64,000 bases of DNA from an uncultured Gemmatimonadaceae bacterium (GTDB lineage Bacteria; Gemmatimonadota; Gemmatimonadetes; Gemmatimonadales; Gemmatimonadaceae). Made by a program: the position numbers and the translations under genes. The stretch covers positions 1 to 64,000 of the forward strand of contig CAWJMB010000001.1 in the NCBI GenBank assembly GCA_963843845.1. The letters are read 5' to 3'. Shown here piece after piece: positions 40,839 to 50,719 of this stretch. How positions within the stretch are numbered: position 1 is the stretch's first letter; each line of letters begins with the position of its first letter. The notes below the pieces were generated by a model. It saw nothing but the letters and a program-made list of their open reading frames with translations. It made no database searches and was not told where the DNA came from.

Positions 40839-41030
40839 TCAGGAGCGGCTTCGAGCGGCGGTTCCCGTCGGCACGAGCGGCGGGACCGCGGCCGTGACGG
40901 GGCACACGACGGCGAGCGCGGTCGTCCACAGGAGCGGGGACGCACCGATGGGGAACGAGCGGGCCGGGAAGGAGGCGGCGGCGCGGGGAGCCGAGGCGCG
41001 GGGAGCGATCGACGATGTGATCGACGTCAT
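40839..41030 (-). CDS. Possible short upstream ORF (63 aa)
   Basis: ATG-TGA ORF ending 38 nt before the ABC ATPase start; no recognisable family. Confidence 0.3.
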   Translation of the reverse strand: MTSITSSIAPRASAPRAAASFPARSFPIGASPLLWTTALAVVCPVTAAVPPLVPTGTAARSRS

Positions 41031-41197
41031 CGTGTGCGGACTGTGGTGTGGCGACGCCGCACGCGGCGCCGTGAGGCGCGACGCATCGCCGTCTCCAACA
41101 ATGGTCGACGCGCGGACCGACCGCCACGCGCATCGCCGGCCGCGCCCGCGCCGGCGGGCGAGAACGGAACGCCGCCGCGCTGGCCGGTCGCCGTGTG

Positions 41198-41761
41198 CTA
41201 CGGTGTCTTGAGTGGCACCGCCAGTCCGGCCACCATCAGCGTGACGTCGTTCGCCGCCGCCGCGACGAGCTGGTTCGCCCGGCCGAGCGCGTCGCGATAG
41301 CGCCGGCCGAGCGGCGTCGGCGGCACGACCCCGAGGCCGACCTCGTTGCTGACGACGATCCAGTGAGTGCCGAGCGACTGCGACATCCGCCAGACCACGA
41401 GGAGCTCGCGCACGCGATCGGCGATCCGCGCCTCGGCGTCATCGTCGTCGTCCAGGGCGAGCAGCAGATTGCTCACCCACAGCGTCAGGCAGTCGATGAC
41501 GATCGCGCGGTAGGGCGCGCCCGCGACGACCGCGCGCGTGATCGCGGCCGCGACGTCCTCGGCGAGTGTCGACGGGGCTTCCAGCGTATCCCAGCTCGGC
41601 GGACGCTCGGCGCGGTGCGCGGCGATGCGGCGCGCCATGTCGTCGTCGAACGCCTGCGCGGTCGCGACGAAGAGCACGCGGCCGGACGACGCGGCGGCGA
41701 CCGCGACGGCGCGCGCGCTCTTGCCGGAGCGTACGCCGCCGAGCAGCACGGTGAGCGACAT
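41198..41761 (-). CDS. cobU: Adenosylcobinamide kinase / adenosylcobinamide-phosphate guanylyltransferase
   Basis: GGVRSGKS, RIAAHR, IDCLTLW.SN and SNEVG.G motifs. Confidence 0.95.
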   Translation of the reverse strand: MSLTVLLGGVRSGKSARAVAVAAASSGRVLFVATAQAFDDDMARRIAAHRAERPPSWDTLEAPSTLAEDVAAAITRAVVAGAPYRAIVIDCLTLWVSNLLLALDDDDDAEARIADRVRELLVVWRMSQSLGTHWIVVSNEVGLGVVPPTPLGRRYRDALGRANQLVAAAANDVTLMVAGLAVPLKTP

Positions 41762-42399
41762 CAGACGACCTCCGAGTTCAGGTAGAGCAGTTCGGCGGCA
41801 GCGCACCCGGTCGCGAGCACGTCGCCCGTGAGGTGCAGCGCGGAGACTCGCGCGTGGTCGATGCGGAGGCGGAACGACGTCGCGCGCGAGACGCCGAGCG
41901 CGTGGACGAGCAGCGCGCGGATGCTCCCCGCGTGGGCGACGACGGCGAGCCGCTCGACACGCTCCGCGCGCGCGCGGCCGACCGTCTCCGCGAGCCACGC
42001 CGCAGCGCGCGCGATGACGTCGGCGAAGCGCTCGCCGCCAGGCGCCGGCGCGTGCTCCCAGTCGGCCATCCACGCGTCGAGCGCGGGGCCGTCGTCGCGC
42101 TCGAGCTCCGACCACGGGCGACCGTCCCAGCGACCGAACGCCATCTCGCGCAGCCGGGCGTCGTGCGCGACGTCGCCGGTGCCGAACGCCGCGGCGAGCG
42201 CGGCGGCCGAGTCTGCCGCGCGCGTGAGGTCGCTCGAGACGACGCGGTCAGGATGCGGCGCGCGCCATCGCGTGCCCAACGCCGCGATGGCCGCGCGCCC
42301 TTCGATCGACAGCGCGAGATCGCACTGTCCCACGCAGCGGCCGGCCGCGCCCTCGGCGAGTCCGTGGCGCACGAGGTAGAGGGTGACGGGTCTGGTCAT
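41761..42399 (-). CDS. cobC: Histidine phosphatase, alpha-ribazole phosphatase-like
   Basis: LVRHG, SSDL.RA, LREMAFGRWDG and VAHAG motifs; lies between cobS and cobU. Confidence 0.8.
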   Translation of the reverse strand: MTRPVTLYLVRHGLAEGAAGRCVGQCDLALSIEGRAAIAALGTRWRAPHPDRVVSSDLTRAADSAAALAAAFGTGDVAHDARLREMAFGRWDGRPWSELERDDGPALDAWMADWEHAPAPGGERFADVIARAAAWLAETVGRARAERVERLAVVAHAGSIRALLVHALGVSRATSFRLRIDHARVSALHLTGDVLATGCAAAELLYLNSEVV

Positions 42400-43184
42400 G
42401 CGTTGGACCACCGGGCCGCGAGCACGAGGTACGTCGTCAGCTCGACGAGCTGGTTCGCCGCGCCGAGGCAGTCGCCGGTCATGCCGCCGAGCCGGCGACG
42501 GAAGTAGCGCGCGCCGATCGCCGTGACGACGCACGCGGCGCCAGCGACGGTCAGCGCGAGCGCGATGCCGAGGGGGGCGAGCGAGACACCGACGATGACG
42601 ACGGTGAGCGCCGAGCCGGCGGCGAGTCGCGCGCCGGTGACGCTCGCGGCGAACGGCCGGCTCTTCGCACCGTCCTCGCGGACGTACGGCAGCCGGTAGA
42701 TCAACGGAAGGCTCGACCAGCGGCCTAACGTGTGCGCGGCGACCAGCGCGCGCGTCGCGTCGCCGATCGCCGAGAGCGCGCCGACTTTCACGAGCAGGAC
42801 GAGGGCGAGACCGACCACGCCATACGAGCCGACGCGGCTGTCCTTCATGATCGCGAGCACCTGCGCCGGCTCCCACCCGCCGCCGAAGCCGTCGAGCGCG
42901 TCGGCGAGCGCGTCCTCGTGGAAGGCGCCGGTGAGGTAGACGGTCGCCGCCGTCGACAGCGCCGCGGCGACGAACGGGGTCCAGAGTGCGCCCGCCGCGA
43001 CGAGCGCACCCGCGCCGACGACGCCGACGAGGAGGCCGACGAGCGGGAAGTACGCGGTCGATCGGGCGAGCCACGCCGGATCGTACCCGAGCCACGTCGG
43101 CGCCGGGATGCGCGTCAGGAAGGTCATCGCGGTCAGGAGCACGCGCACTTCGTCGCGGAGGCGGGGCACGAGCGTCATCGTCAC
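42396..43184 (-). CDS. cobS: Adenosylcobinamide-GDP ribazoletransferase (cobalamin synthase)
   Basis: FLTRIP, TGAFHEDALAD..DG, IMKDSRVG and GGMTGDCLGA motifs. Confidence 0.95.
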   Translation of the reverse strand: MTMTLVPRLRDEVRVLLTAMTFLTRIPAPTWLGYDPAWLARSTAYFPLVGLLVGVVGAGALVAAGALWTPFVAAALSTAATVYLTGAFHEDALADALDGFGGGWEPAQVLAIMKDSRVGSYGVVGLALVLLVKVGALSAIGDATRALVAAHTLGRWSSLPLIYRLPYVREDGAKSRPFAASVTGARLAAGSALTVVIVGVSLAPLGIALALTVAGAACVVTAIGARYFRRRLGGMTGDCLGAANQLVELTTYLVLAARWSNA

Positions 43185-44335
43185 GCGCGCGAGACGCCGG
43201 CGCTCTCGAACGTCGCCATGTCGCGCAGCACCGCCGCCGCCGCGCGGAGGATCGGCAGCGCGAGCGCCGCACCCGAGCCCTCGCCGAGGCGCATGTCGAG
43301 CGCGAGGAGCGGGCGCGCGTTCAGGGCGCGGATCGCGTGCGCGTGGCCGCGCTCCGCCGACTGGTGCGCGACGAACAGCGACGCGGCGACGTGTGGCGCG
43401 ATCCGCACGGCGGCGAGCGCAGCGACGGTCGAGATGAATCCGTCGGCGACGACGGCGATGCCGTGACGAGGTGCTTCGAGGACGGCGCCGACGATCGCGG
43501 CGAGCTCGAGCCCGCCTAACGACTCGAGCGCCCCGCGCGCCGCGAGCGCCGCGTCTGCGGACACGTCCCCGGACGCGTCACGTGCCGCGTCCCGTGCCGT
43601 GTGACGTGCCGTGTCCCGTGCCGTGTCCCGTGCCGTGTCACCCGACGCGCCGGCGAGGCCGGCGTGCCGGTCGAGGGCGCGCTGCACGACGGCCTGCTTG
43701 TGCACGAGGCGCGCGTCGTCGACGCCGGTGCCGCGCCCGACCGTCTCCGCGGGCGCGAGGCCGGTGAGCGCGGAGAGCAGCGCAGCCGCGGCCGTCGTGT
43801 TCCCGATCCCCATCTCGCCGAGGCCGATCGCGCGGAATCCGTCGGCCGCAGCGCGGCGGACGCTCGCGCGCCCGACGTCGAGCGCTGCCTCGCACTCGTC
43901 GGCACTCATGGCCGCCCCGACGCGGAGGTTGCGCGAGCCGCGCCGCACCCGCGCGTGGACGATGCGCGTCCCCGCGGCGGCCGCGAGGACGTCGAGCTCC
44001 TCGGCGATGTCGGCGTCGACGCCGACGTCGACGACCTCGACGTCGAGCCCGCCGGCGCGCGCGAGCACGCACACGGCCGCGCCACCGCGCGCGAAGTTGC
44101 GCATCATCTCGGCCGTGACCTGCGCCGGATACGCGCTCACGCCCTCAGCGGCGACGCCATGGTCGGCGGCGAACACGACGACGCGCGCGCGGCTCACGTC
44201 GGGCGCGAGCGTTCCCTGCAGCACCGCGAGCCGCACCGCGAGCGTCTCGAGGTAGCCGAGGGCACCGACCGGTTTCGTCTTCTCGTCGATCGCGGCCTGC
44301 GCGCGACGACGCAGCGCGTCGTTCGGGTCACTCAC
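43181..44335 (-). CDS. cobT: Nicotinate-nucleotide--dimethylbenzimidazole phosphoribosyltransferase
   Basis: KTKPVGALG.LE, ADHGV, GEMGIGNT and MRLGEGSGA motifs. Confidence 0.95.
   Translation of the reverse strand: MSDPNDALRRRAQAAIDEKTKPVGALGYLETLAVRLAVLQGTLAPDVSRARVVVFAADHGVAAEGVSAYPAQVTAEMMRNFARGGAAVCVLARAGGLDVEVVDVGVDADIAEELDVLAAAAGTRIVHARVRRGSRNLRVGAAMSADECEAALDVGRASVRRAAADGFRAIGLGEMGIGNTTAAAALLSALTGLAPAETVGRGTGVDDARLVHKQAVVQRALDRHAGLAGASGDTARDTARDTARHTARDAARDASGDVSADAALAARGALESLGGLELAAIVGAVLEAPRHGIAVVADGFISTVAALAAVRIAPHVAASLFVAHQSAERGHAHAIRALNARPLLALDMRLGEGSGAALALPILRAAAAVLRDMATFESAGVSRA
43581..43640. repeat. 12-bp tandem repeat x5 inside cobT (DTAR-type peptide repeats)
   Basis: Units CGTGCCG(T/C)GT(CC/GA/CA), in frame. 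Confidence 0.9.
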
Positions 44336-44922
44336 GCGGCGGCCTCGTACGGGCGCGGCGCACAGTCGAGCGCGACGACCGCGCCGTTCTCCTGCGCGAT
44401 CGACCAGAACGCACTCGGCGGGAGACGACGCTCGTGCAGCAGGATGACGCGATTCACGTGGCCGTGCGCGGCGACGAGCACGGTCTCGCCGCGGTGCGCA
44501 GCGACGAGGCGCGCCCACACGGGCAGCACACGCGCCGCGACCGCCGCGAGCGACTCTCCGTCCGGGAACGCCACGCCCCACGGGTCGTCGCTCCACCGCG
44601 CGTCGAGCGACGGGAAGGCGGCGCGCCGCGCGTCGGGATGCAGCGCCTCGCACCGGCCGTACGACAGCTCGCGCAGCTCGGGGACGACCGCCGCACGGAC
44701 CCCGCGCCCGCCGAGGATCAGGCGCGCCGTCTCGCGCGCGCGGGCGAGCGGCGAGGTGTACGCCGCATCGATCGGCGTGCCGGCGAGCGTGTCGCGGAGC
44801 GCCTCCGCCTGCGCGCGGCCATGCTCGGAGAGCGGGACGTCCCGCCCCCCCTGATAGATGCCGCACGCGTTCCACGCCGTCTCGCCGTGGCGCACGAGCA
44901 GCACTCGTGTCGGCTGCGTCAC
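44332..44922 (-). CDS. Second histidine phosphatase family protein in the cob operon
   Basis: LVRHGET.WN...QG, SPL.RA.ETA and AHG motifs. Confidence 0.88.
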   Translation of the reverse strand: MTQPTRVLLVRHGETAWNACGIYQGGRDVPLSEHGRAQAEALRDTLAGTPIDAAYTSPLARARETARLILGGRGVRAAVVPELRELSYGRCEALHPDARRAAFPSLDARWSDDPWGVAFPDGESLAAVAARVLPVWARLVAAHRGETVLVAAHGHVNRVILLHERRLPPSAFWSIAQENGAVVALDCAPRPYEAAA

Positions 44923-45547
44923 AGCTCGATCCCCGGCTGCGCGCCGATCCCCTGCTCGCGATAGGGATGCTTCACGAGCCGCATCTCGGTCACGAGGTCG
45001 GCGGCGGCGATCAGCGCGTCCGGGGCATCGCGCCCGGTGACGACGACGTGCGTGCCGATGGGGCGAGCCCTGATCGCGTCGATCACCATCGTCGTGTCGA
45101 GCCAGCCATAGGTCAACGCGTAGGTCAGCTCGTCGAGGATCAGCACGTCGTACTCGCCGCCGGCGAGCGCGGCGCGGCACCGCTCCCATCCTGCCTCGGC
45201 GAGCGCGCGGTCCGCGCCGATGTCGTCCGAGAGCCAGGTGAAGCCGTCGCCGAGCGGAATGATCTCGACGCCGAGCCGTGCGGCGGCTCGGTGCTCGCCG
45301 TACGGGTTCGCGGCGCTCTTGATGAACTGGAACATGCCGACGCGCATCTCGCGGCCGGCCGCGCGCAGCAGGATGCCCAACGCGGCCGTCGTCTTTCCCT
45401 TGCCGTGGCCCGTGTTGACGATGAGCAGCCCGTGGCGGCGCTCGCGCGGCGGGACGCGGTAGGGGCCGGGCTGCTTCTTCTTCGGCCGGGGCGGGCGGCG
45501 GCCGCTCGGTGCGGGGAGCGCGTCGGGGCGGCGGTCGGATCGGTCAT
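44919..45547 (-). CDS. cobO: Corrinoid adenosyltransferase (CobO/BtuR type), frameshift near 45500
   Basis: [29 protein letters not shown] and KHPY motifs. Confidence 0.92.
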
Positions 45548-45603
45548 GGTGAGTCGCTCGTCAGTCGTTGGGCGCGGTGCGTCGCGTGTGAAGACATCGC
45601 CGG

Positions 45604-46302
45604 TCATCCATGCTCCCGAGGGTTCACCCACGTCGACCACGTCGACAGGTCGCCGCGGCGGTCGCGCAGCGCGCTCGTCCTGGTCTCCACTCCCGCGCGC
45701 TGCTCGCCGTCCGCCGTCGTGACGAAGATGGCGGCGAGCAGCATCTCGCCCTCCGGGATGCCGAGATACGCGACGCTCTCCGCGGCGCGGAACGGCACGC
45801 CGGTCGCCCAGAACGTGTGCAGTCCGTGCGCCGTGGCCGAGAGGAGCATCGTCTGCACGGCTGCCGACGCCGCCGCGATGTGCTCCATGTTCTCACGCGT
45901 CCCCTCGAACGGCGGGGCGTTCGCCGTCGCGCCGGGCGTCGCCGACGTCGGTGGATCGGGAAGCCACGTGACGAGCACGAGCGCCGAGCAGGCGGCGAGG
46001 AGACGCGGCATCGTGCCGGCGTCCTCGCGCTGGAGCAGCCACGCACGGAAGCGCCGGCACGCCGCGACGTCGAGCAGATAGCAGCGCCACGGCACGATCG
46101 ACGGCCGCGCGCTCCCGTCGCGATGCGCGCGCGCCGCGGGCAGGTGGAAGGGCGCCCACGCCGCGCTCGCGACGACGCGCTCGATCAGCGCGCGGTCGGT
46201 CGCGACGTCGAGCGGCTCGTCGGCGAGCACCTTGCGCGTGTGGCGCTCGCGGACGACCTCGGCGACGATCGCGGCGCGGTCGACGGGCGAACGATTCGTC
46301 AT
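45604..46302 (-). CDS. Nitroreductase-fold flavoprotein
   Basis: RERHT.K, AAWAPFH, VPWR, AAVQTMLL.ATAHG and FWATG motifs. Confidence 0.82.
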   Translation of the reverse strand: MTNRSPVDRAAIVAEVVRERHTRKVLADEPLDVATDRALIERVVASAAWAPFHLPAARAHRDGSARPSIVPWRCYLLDVAACRRFRAWLLQREDAGTMPRLLAACSALVLVTWLPDPPTSATPGATANAPPFEGTRENMEHIAAASAAVQTMLLSATAHGLHTFWATGVPFRAAESVAYLGIPEGEMLLAAIFVTTADGEQRAGVETRTSALRDRRGDLSTWSTWVNPREHG

Positions 46303-47399
46303 GGCGGACCCCGGTGCGTGTCCTGGATGGCGGCGACGAGGAGTCGGTTCTCGTCGGGGGTGCGCGCCGCGACGCGCACGTGCGACGGCAGGCCGAACGA
46401 CGTGCAGTCGCGAACCTTGAGCGCGTGTCGCTCGCGGACCGCGCGCGCGAACGAGGCCGCGTCGCCGACGTCGAGCAGGAGGTAGTGCGTGTCCGACGGC
46501 ACCGACGTGACGCCGAGCGCCGTCGCGGCGGCGTGGATCTCCGCGGCCGCGGCGCGGAGGCGGGCGGTCGTCGCGCGCACGTGCTCGGCGGCGGCGGGGT
46601 CGCACGTCGCGATCGCCGCCGTCTGCGCGAGGGCCGACGTCGCCCACGGCATCCGCGCCCGCTCGACGGCGGCGACGAGCGACGCGGCGCCGACCAGATG
46701 CCCCACGCGGAGGCCGGCGAGCGCGTGGTCCTTGGTGAGCGAGCGCAGGGACAGCGTGCGCGGCGAGTCGCGCAGCGCCGGGGTGCCTAACGGTGCGGCG
46801 GTGAAGGCATCGAACGACTGGTCGACGACGAGGACGCTCCCCGCCCGCGCACACGCGCGCTCGACACGCTCGATCGCCTCGCGCGGCCATGCGCGGCCGC
46901 GCGGACTCTCCGGCGTGCAGAGCCAGACGAGGCGCGGCGCTCGCGCGGCGACGGCGGCGGCGACGGCACCGGCGAGCGCGCCCGGTGGCGCGTCGAGCGC
47001 CGCGCCGCACGGCAGGCCGACCGGCACGACGGTCGCTCGACACAGCCGCGCCGCCCGCTCGTACTCGGCGAACGCGAAGGGCGGGACGAGGACGACGTCG
47101 CCCGGCGCGACGCAGGCGAGCGTGATCGCGAGGATCAGCTCGGTCGCGCCGGCGCCGACGACCACGTTCGATCGGTCGACGCCGAGCACGTCGGCGACGG
47201 CGGCGCACGCGGCGGACGACGACGGATCGGGGTACGCCGCGATCGCGACCGGCGTGAGCGCGCGCGCGATCGCATCGCGCACCGACGGTGCCGGGCCGTA
47301 CGCGTTCACCGACGTGCTGAAGTCGGCGCGCACCGGCGCGCGATGCGCGTCGTCCGGCGACGGACCGCCGTGTGCGGCGATCGTGTGGGCGGCGGTCAC
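46299..47399 (-). CDS. cobD: L-threonine-O-3-phosphate decarboxylase-like PLP enzyme
   Basis: HGG...DFSTSVN, YPD, GA.ELI, RSLTK..ALAGLR.G and VRDC.SFG motifs. Confidence 0.85.
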   Translation of the reverse strand: MTAAHTIAAHGGPSPDDAHRAPVRADFSTSVNAYGPAPSVRDAIARALTPVAIAAYPDPSSSAACAAVADVLGVDRSNVVVGAGATELILAITLACVAPGDVVLVPPFAFAEYERAARLCRATVVPVGLPCGAALDAPPGALAGAVAAAVAARAPRLVWLCTPESPRGRAWPREAIERVERACARAGSVLVVDQSFDAFTAAPLGTPALRDSPRTLSLRSLTKDHALAGLRVGHLVGAASLVAAVERARMPWATSALAQTAAIATCDPAAAEHVRATTARLRAAAAEIHAAATALGVTSVPSDTHYLLLDVGDAASFARAVRERHALKVRDCTSFGLPSHVRVAARTPDENRLLVAAIQDTHRGPP

Positions 47400-48376
47400 G
47401 CGGGGCGCCCACGGGGCGCGCCGCGCCGCGCCCGCACGCTCGCCGCTCCGGCGAGACAGGCGACGGCCAGCCCCGACGCGGCCATGACGACACCGCGCGC
47501 GTTCGCGAGATCGCGTACCGTCGGCGCCCGTCCGGATTCGTGCAGCACGTACACCGGTTCGGCGCCGCGCGACGCGCGCTTGTCGAGCCGCACGCCGAGC
47601 GCGCCGGCCATCGCGGCCATCGGCCATCCGGCGTTCGGGCTCGGCGTGCGGCGCGCGTCGGCGAGTGCGACACGTCGTGCGGCGCGCGCCGAGCCGCCGG
47701 CCGCGGGCGCGGCGAGTGCGATGCAGGCGGCCGCCAGGCGGGCCGGCACGAGGTTCATGGCATCGTCCAGGCGCGCCGCCGACTTGCCGAACCATTCGAG
47801 CTCCGGCGTGCGGTAGCCGAGCATGGCGTCGGCCGTGTTGACGAAGCGATACGCGTACGCGGCCGGCAGTCCGCCGACCGCGTACCACACCAGCGGCGCG
47901 ACGAGCCCGTCGCTCAGGTTCTCGGCGAGCGACTCGATCGCGGCGCCGGCGACCTCGGACGACGTGAGGGTGGACGTGTCGCGCGATACCAGGTGCCAGG
48001 CGAGCAGACGCCGCGCCTCGGGCACGTCGCCGCGACGCAGTGCGCGCTCGACGTCGAGCGCCGCGCCGAGCAGCGCGCGCAGACTGAGCGCCGGCTTGAG
48101 CAGCGATCCGCCGAGCGCCGCGCGCGCGCGCGCGCCGCGGCGCGACGCGCCGGCGTCGGCGGCGCGCGCGACGAGTGCGACGCCGGCGACCCCGGTGCCT
48201 AACGCGAGGGCGCCGGCCACGAGCGACGCCGCGGGCGGGCGCGGCCGACGCGCGTGTCGGCGGCGCGCGCCGCCGATCGCCGTACCCATCCACCCGGTCG
48301 GATGGAGCGCGGTCGGCGGCTCGCCGAACAGCACGTCGACGGCGACGGCGGCCAGCATCGTCACGGCGGGAGACAC
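47396..48376 (-). CDS. cbiB: Adenosylcobinamide-phosphate synthase
   Basis: GEPP..LHP, VSRDT, ESLAEN.SDG, NTADAMLGY and SPNAGWPMAAMAGAL motifs. Confidence 0.95.
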   Translation of the reverse strand: MSPAVTMLAAVAVDVLFGEPPTALHPTGWMGTAIGGARRRHARRPRPPAASLVAGALALGTGVAGVALVARAADAGASRRGARARAALGGSLLKPALSLRALLGAALDVERALRRGDVPEARRLLAWHLVSRDTSTLTSSEVAGAAIESLAENLSDGLVAPLVWYAVGGLPAAYAYRFVNTADAMLGYRTPELEWFGKSAARLDDAMNLVPARLAAACIALAAPAAGGSARAARRVALADARRTPSPNAGWPMAAMAGALGVRLDKRASRGAEPVYVLHESGRAPTVRDLANARGVVMAASGLAVACLAGAASVRARRGAPRGRPA

Positions 48377-48397
48377 GTCGGCGCGGCGGCGGCCGGC

Positions 48398-50719
48398 TCA
48401 GAAATCCGCGGAGACGCGCAGACGGATCGTGCGCCCCGGCAGGTTGTAGCCCCGCTTCTCGTAGTAGTTCTCGTCGGTGAGGTTCGAGACGATCCCCTCC
48501 AGGCGATAGTGGCCGCGCACGCGAACGCCGAGCGAGAGGTCGGCCACGACGAACGGCGCATACTCGACATCGCCCGGGTCGGCCGGGTCGGTGAAGTCGC
48601 TGTCGAGGCGGTTGCCGACGTAGCGCGCGCCGAGCCGGCCGGTGACGCGCCGCGAGTCGTCGAAGTCGACGCCGGCCGTGCCCGTGAAGGCCGCGACGTT
48701 CCTGATGCGCAGCCGGGTCGAGGCGGCGTCGTTCAGCCGGATGCGGTCGACGAGCACGCGCGTGTCGAGCCGCTGCGCCGCGGCGATCCCCGCCGTGTCG
48801 ACGGTGATCCCGGGGGTGCGCTCGCGCGCCTCGAACAGCCGCGTCGCGTTCGCGAAGATGCCGAGCGAGAAGCGCCGGCCCGTCGCGCGCCCCACGTCGT
48901 AGCGCGTGTCGAGCTCGAGGCCGCGGATGTGCGCCTCGCCCGCGTTGGCCGACGTGGTGATGCTGCTGATCTGCTGACCGGCGGCCGTCGTCGGACGGCG
49001 CCCCGCGGCGAACGTCGCGCGCGCCGAGGTGATGCGGTCCGTGACGTTCGTCGCGAAGTACGTCGCGTCGAGCGAGAGCGTGCGAGCCGGCGAGAGATAG
49101 CCGACGCCGCCGTCGATCGTGACCGAATGCTCGGGGCGCAGCGTCGGATTCCCGGTCGTGATCGACGCGACCCCGTTCGCCACGCTCGTCGAGAATCCGG
49201 CGAGGTTCGACGCGCTCGGGTTGAGGAACGCGCGACCGGCGGTCGCGTGCGCCCGCACGCCGCGGCCGGCGTCCACCCGCACGCCGGCGTTCGGGTTGAA
49301 CACGGTGAAGCGGTCGACGCCCGGCGTGACGTCGGGACGGAAGGCCGTCTCGCGCAGCGCGAGCGCGACGCGATCGAGCCGTGCCCCGACGACGCCCGTG
49401 ACTCGGCCGCCGAGGGCGCTGAGCTGCGCCTGCGCGAAGCCGGCGGCCGACGACTGGCGCGAGTTCGGGCTGAACGTGCCGATCTCGCCGATCGTCGCGG
49501 TCGTGCCCGTGCCGGTCGCGCCGCCGGTGCGCGCGAAGCGCTGCGTGTACTCGTCGATCTCGACGCCGTCGACACCGACCGTGATCGCCTGCGCGCCGAC
49601 GCGGAGCACGTCCTGCAGCTGGAACCCGGACGTCCGCTGGCGGCTCGCGAAGTTCACGTAGCCTGCGTCGCCCGGCTGGTCGAAGTTCTCGCTCCGCTCG
49701 CGCGCCCGGTAGACGCGCGCGAGCGGCGTGTGCCCGGCGCCCCCCGTCATCAGCGGCACGTCCCGGCGCAGCGCCAGCTCGTCGGTGCTGCGGTCGACGT
49801 TCTTGCGCGCGTTGCCGGGCGAGTTCGAGAGGCGCGCGTAGACGTCGCCCGGCGACAGCACGTCGTCGGCGGCGAACCGATCGCCGCGGACGTCGACGCG
49901 GATCGCCCCGGGGAGCGTCGCGCCGAGCCGCGCGGTGCCGCTCGCCGATGTGAACGTGGTGTAGTCGCGCACGACGCCGTCGCCCAGCGTGTCCGCGATC
50001 TCGCGCGCCGGGCGCGCCGTGCCCGTGTAGACCTTCGTCGCCCGGTCGCCGCCGAGCACGTCGCGAAAGATCCCGCCGCGGCCGACGCGGTAGTTGTCGC
50101 CCTGCTCGTACCGGCGCGCCGTGACGTCGCCGTCGACCGCCGAGCGCCCGACGCGGCCGAGCGTCCCGCCGGCGCGCAGCGCGAGCTCGCTCGTCTGGAA
50201 GCTGCCGTACGTGGCCGACGCGGTCCCCGTGGGGCGCCCGGTCGTGCGACGGGTGATGAGATTCACCACACCGCCGACCGCGCTCGATCCGTAGAGCGCC
50301 GAGGCGGGCCCCTTCAGCACCTCGATCCGCTCGATCGCGTTCACGTCGATGAGCGCGAGGTTGTACGACCCTGCGGGACGCCCGTCGATGAGGATGAGCG
50401 TGCGCGTCTGCGTGCTGGTCGACGGCCGGAAGCCGCGCACGCCGACGGAGCCGAGGAGACTCGGGTACTGGATGACGTCGACGCCGGCGAGCTTCTTGAG
50501 GGCGTCGACCGCGTCGTTCACCGGCGTGCGGTCGATGTCCGCGCGCGTGATCGTGGTGACGCGCTGGGGCAGGACGTCGGCGCGGGCGGGTGCGCGCGTC
50601 GCCGTCGTGACGACGGGGGCGATGCGTCGGGCGAGGCTGTCGGCGGGCGGCTGCGCGACGAGTGGGGTCGCGACTGCGAGGGCTGCCGCCACGACGGCGC
50701 GCACGTGAGAACGGTTCAT
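48398..50719 (-). CDS. TonB-dependent receptor, probably for corrinoids (BtuB-like role)
   Basis: Signal peptide; plug motif IERIEVLKGPASALYG...GGVVN; C-terminal F; inside a B12-riboswitch operon. Confidence 0.9.
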   Translation of the reverse strand: MNRSHVRAVVAAALAVATPLVAQPPADSLARRIAPVVTTATRAPARADVLPQRVTTITRADIDRTPVNDAVDALKKLAGVDVIQYPSLLGSVGVRGFRPSTSTQTRTLILIDGRPAGSYNLALIDVNAIERIEVLKGPASALYGSSAVGGVVNLITRRTTGRPTGTASATYGSFQTSELALRAGGTLGRVGRSAVDGDVTARRYEQGDNYRVGRGGIFRDVLGGDRATKVYTGTARPAREIADTLGDGVVRDYTTFTSASGTARLGATLPGAIRVDVRGDRFAADDVLSPGDVYARLSNSPGNARKNVDRSTDELALRRDVPLMTGGAGHTPLARVYRARERSENFDQPGDAGYVNFASRQRTSGFQLQDVLRVGAQAITVGVDGVEIDEYTQRFARTGGATGTGTTATIGEIGTFSPNSRQSSAAGFAQAQLSALGGRVTGVVGARLDRVALALRETAFRPDVTPGVDRFTVFNPNAGVRVDAGRGVRAHATAGRAFLNPSASNLAGFSTSVANGVASITTGNPTLRPEHSVTIDGGVGYLSPARTLSLDATYFATNVTDRITSARATFAAGRRPTTAAGQQISSITTSANAGEAHIRGLELDTRYDVGRATGRRFSLGIFANATRLFEARERTPGITVDTAGIAAAQRLDTRVLVDRIRLNDAASTRLRIRNVAAFTGTAGVDFDDSRRVTGRLGARYVGNRLDSDFTDPADPGDVEYAPFVVADLSLGVRVRGHYRLEGIVSNLTDENYYEKRGYNLPGRTIRLRVSADF

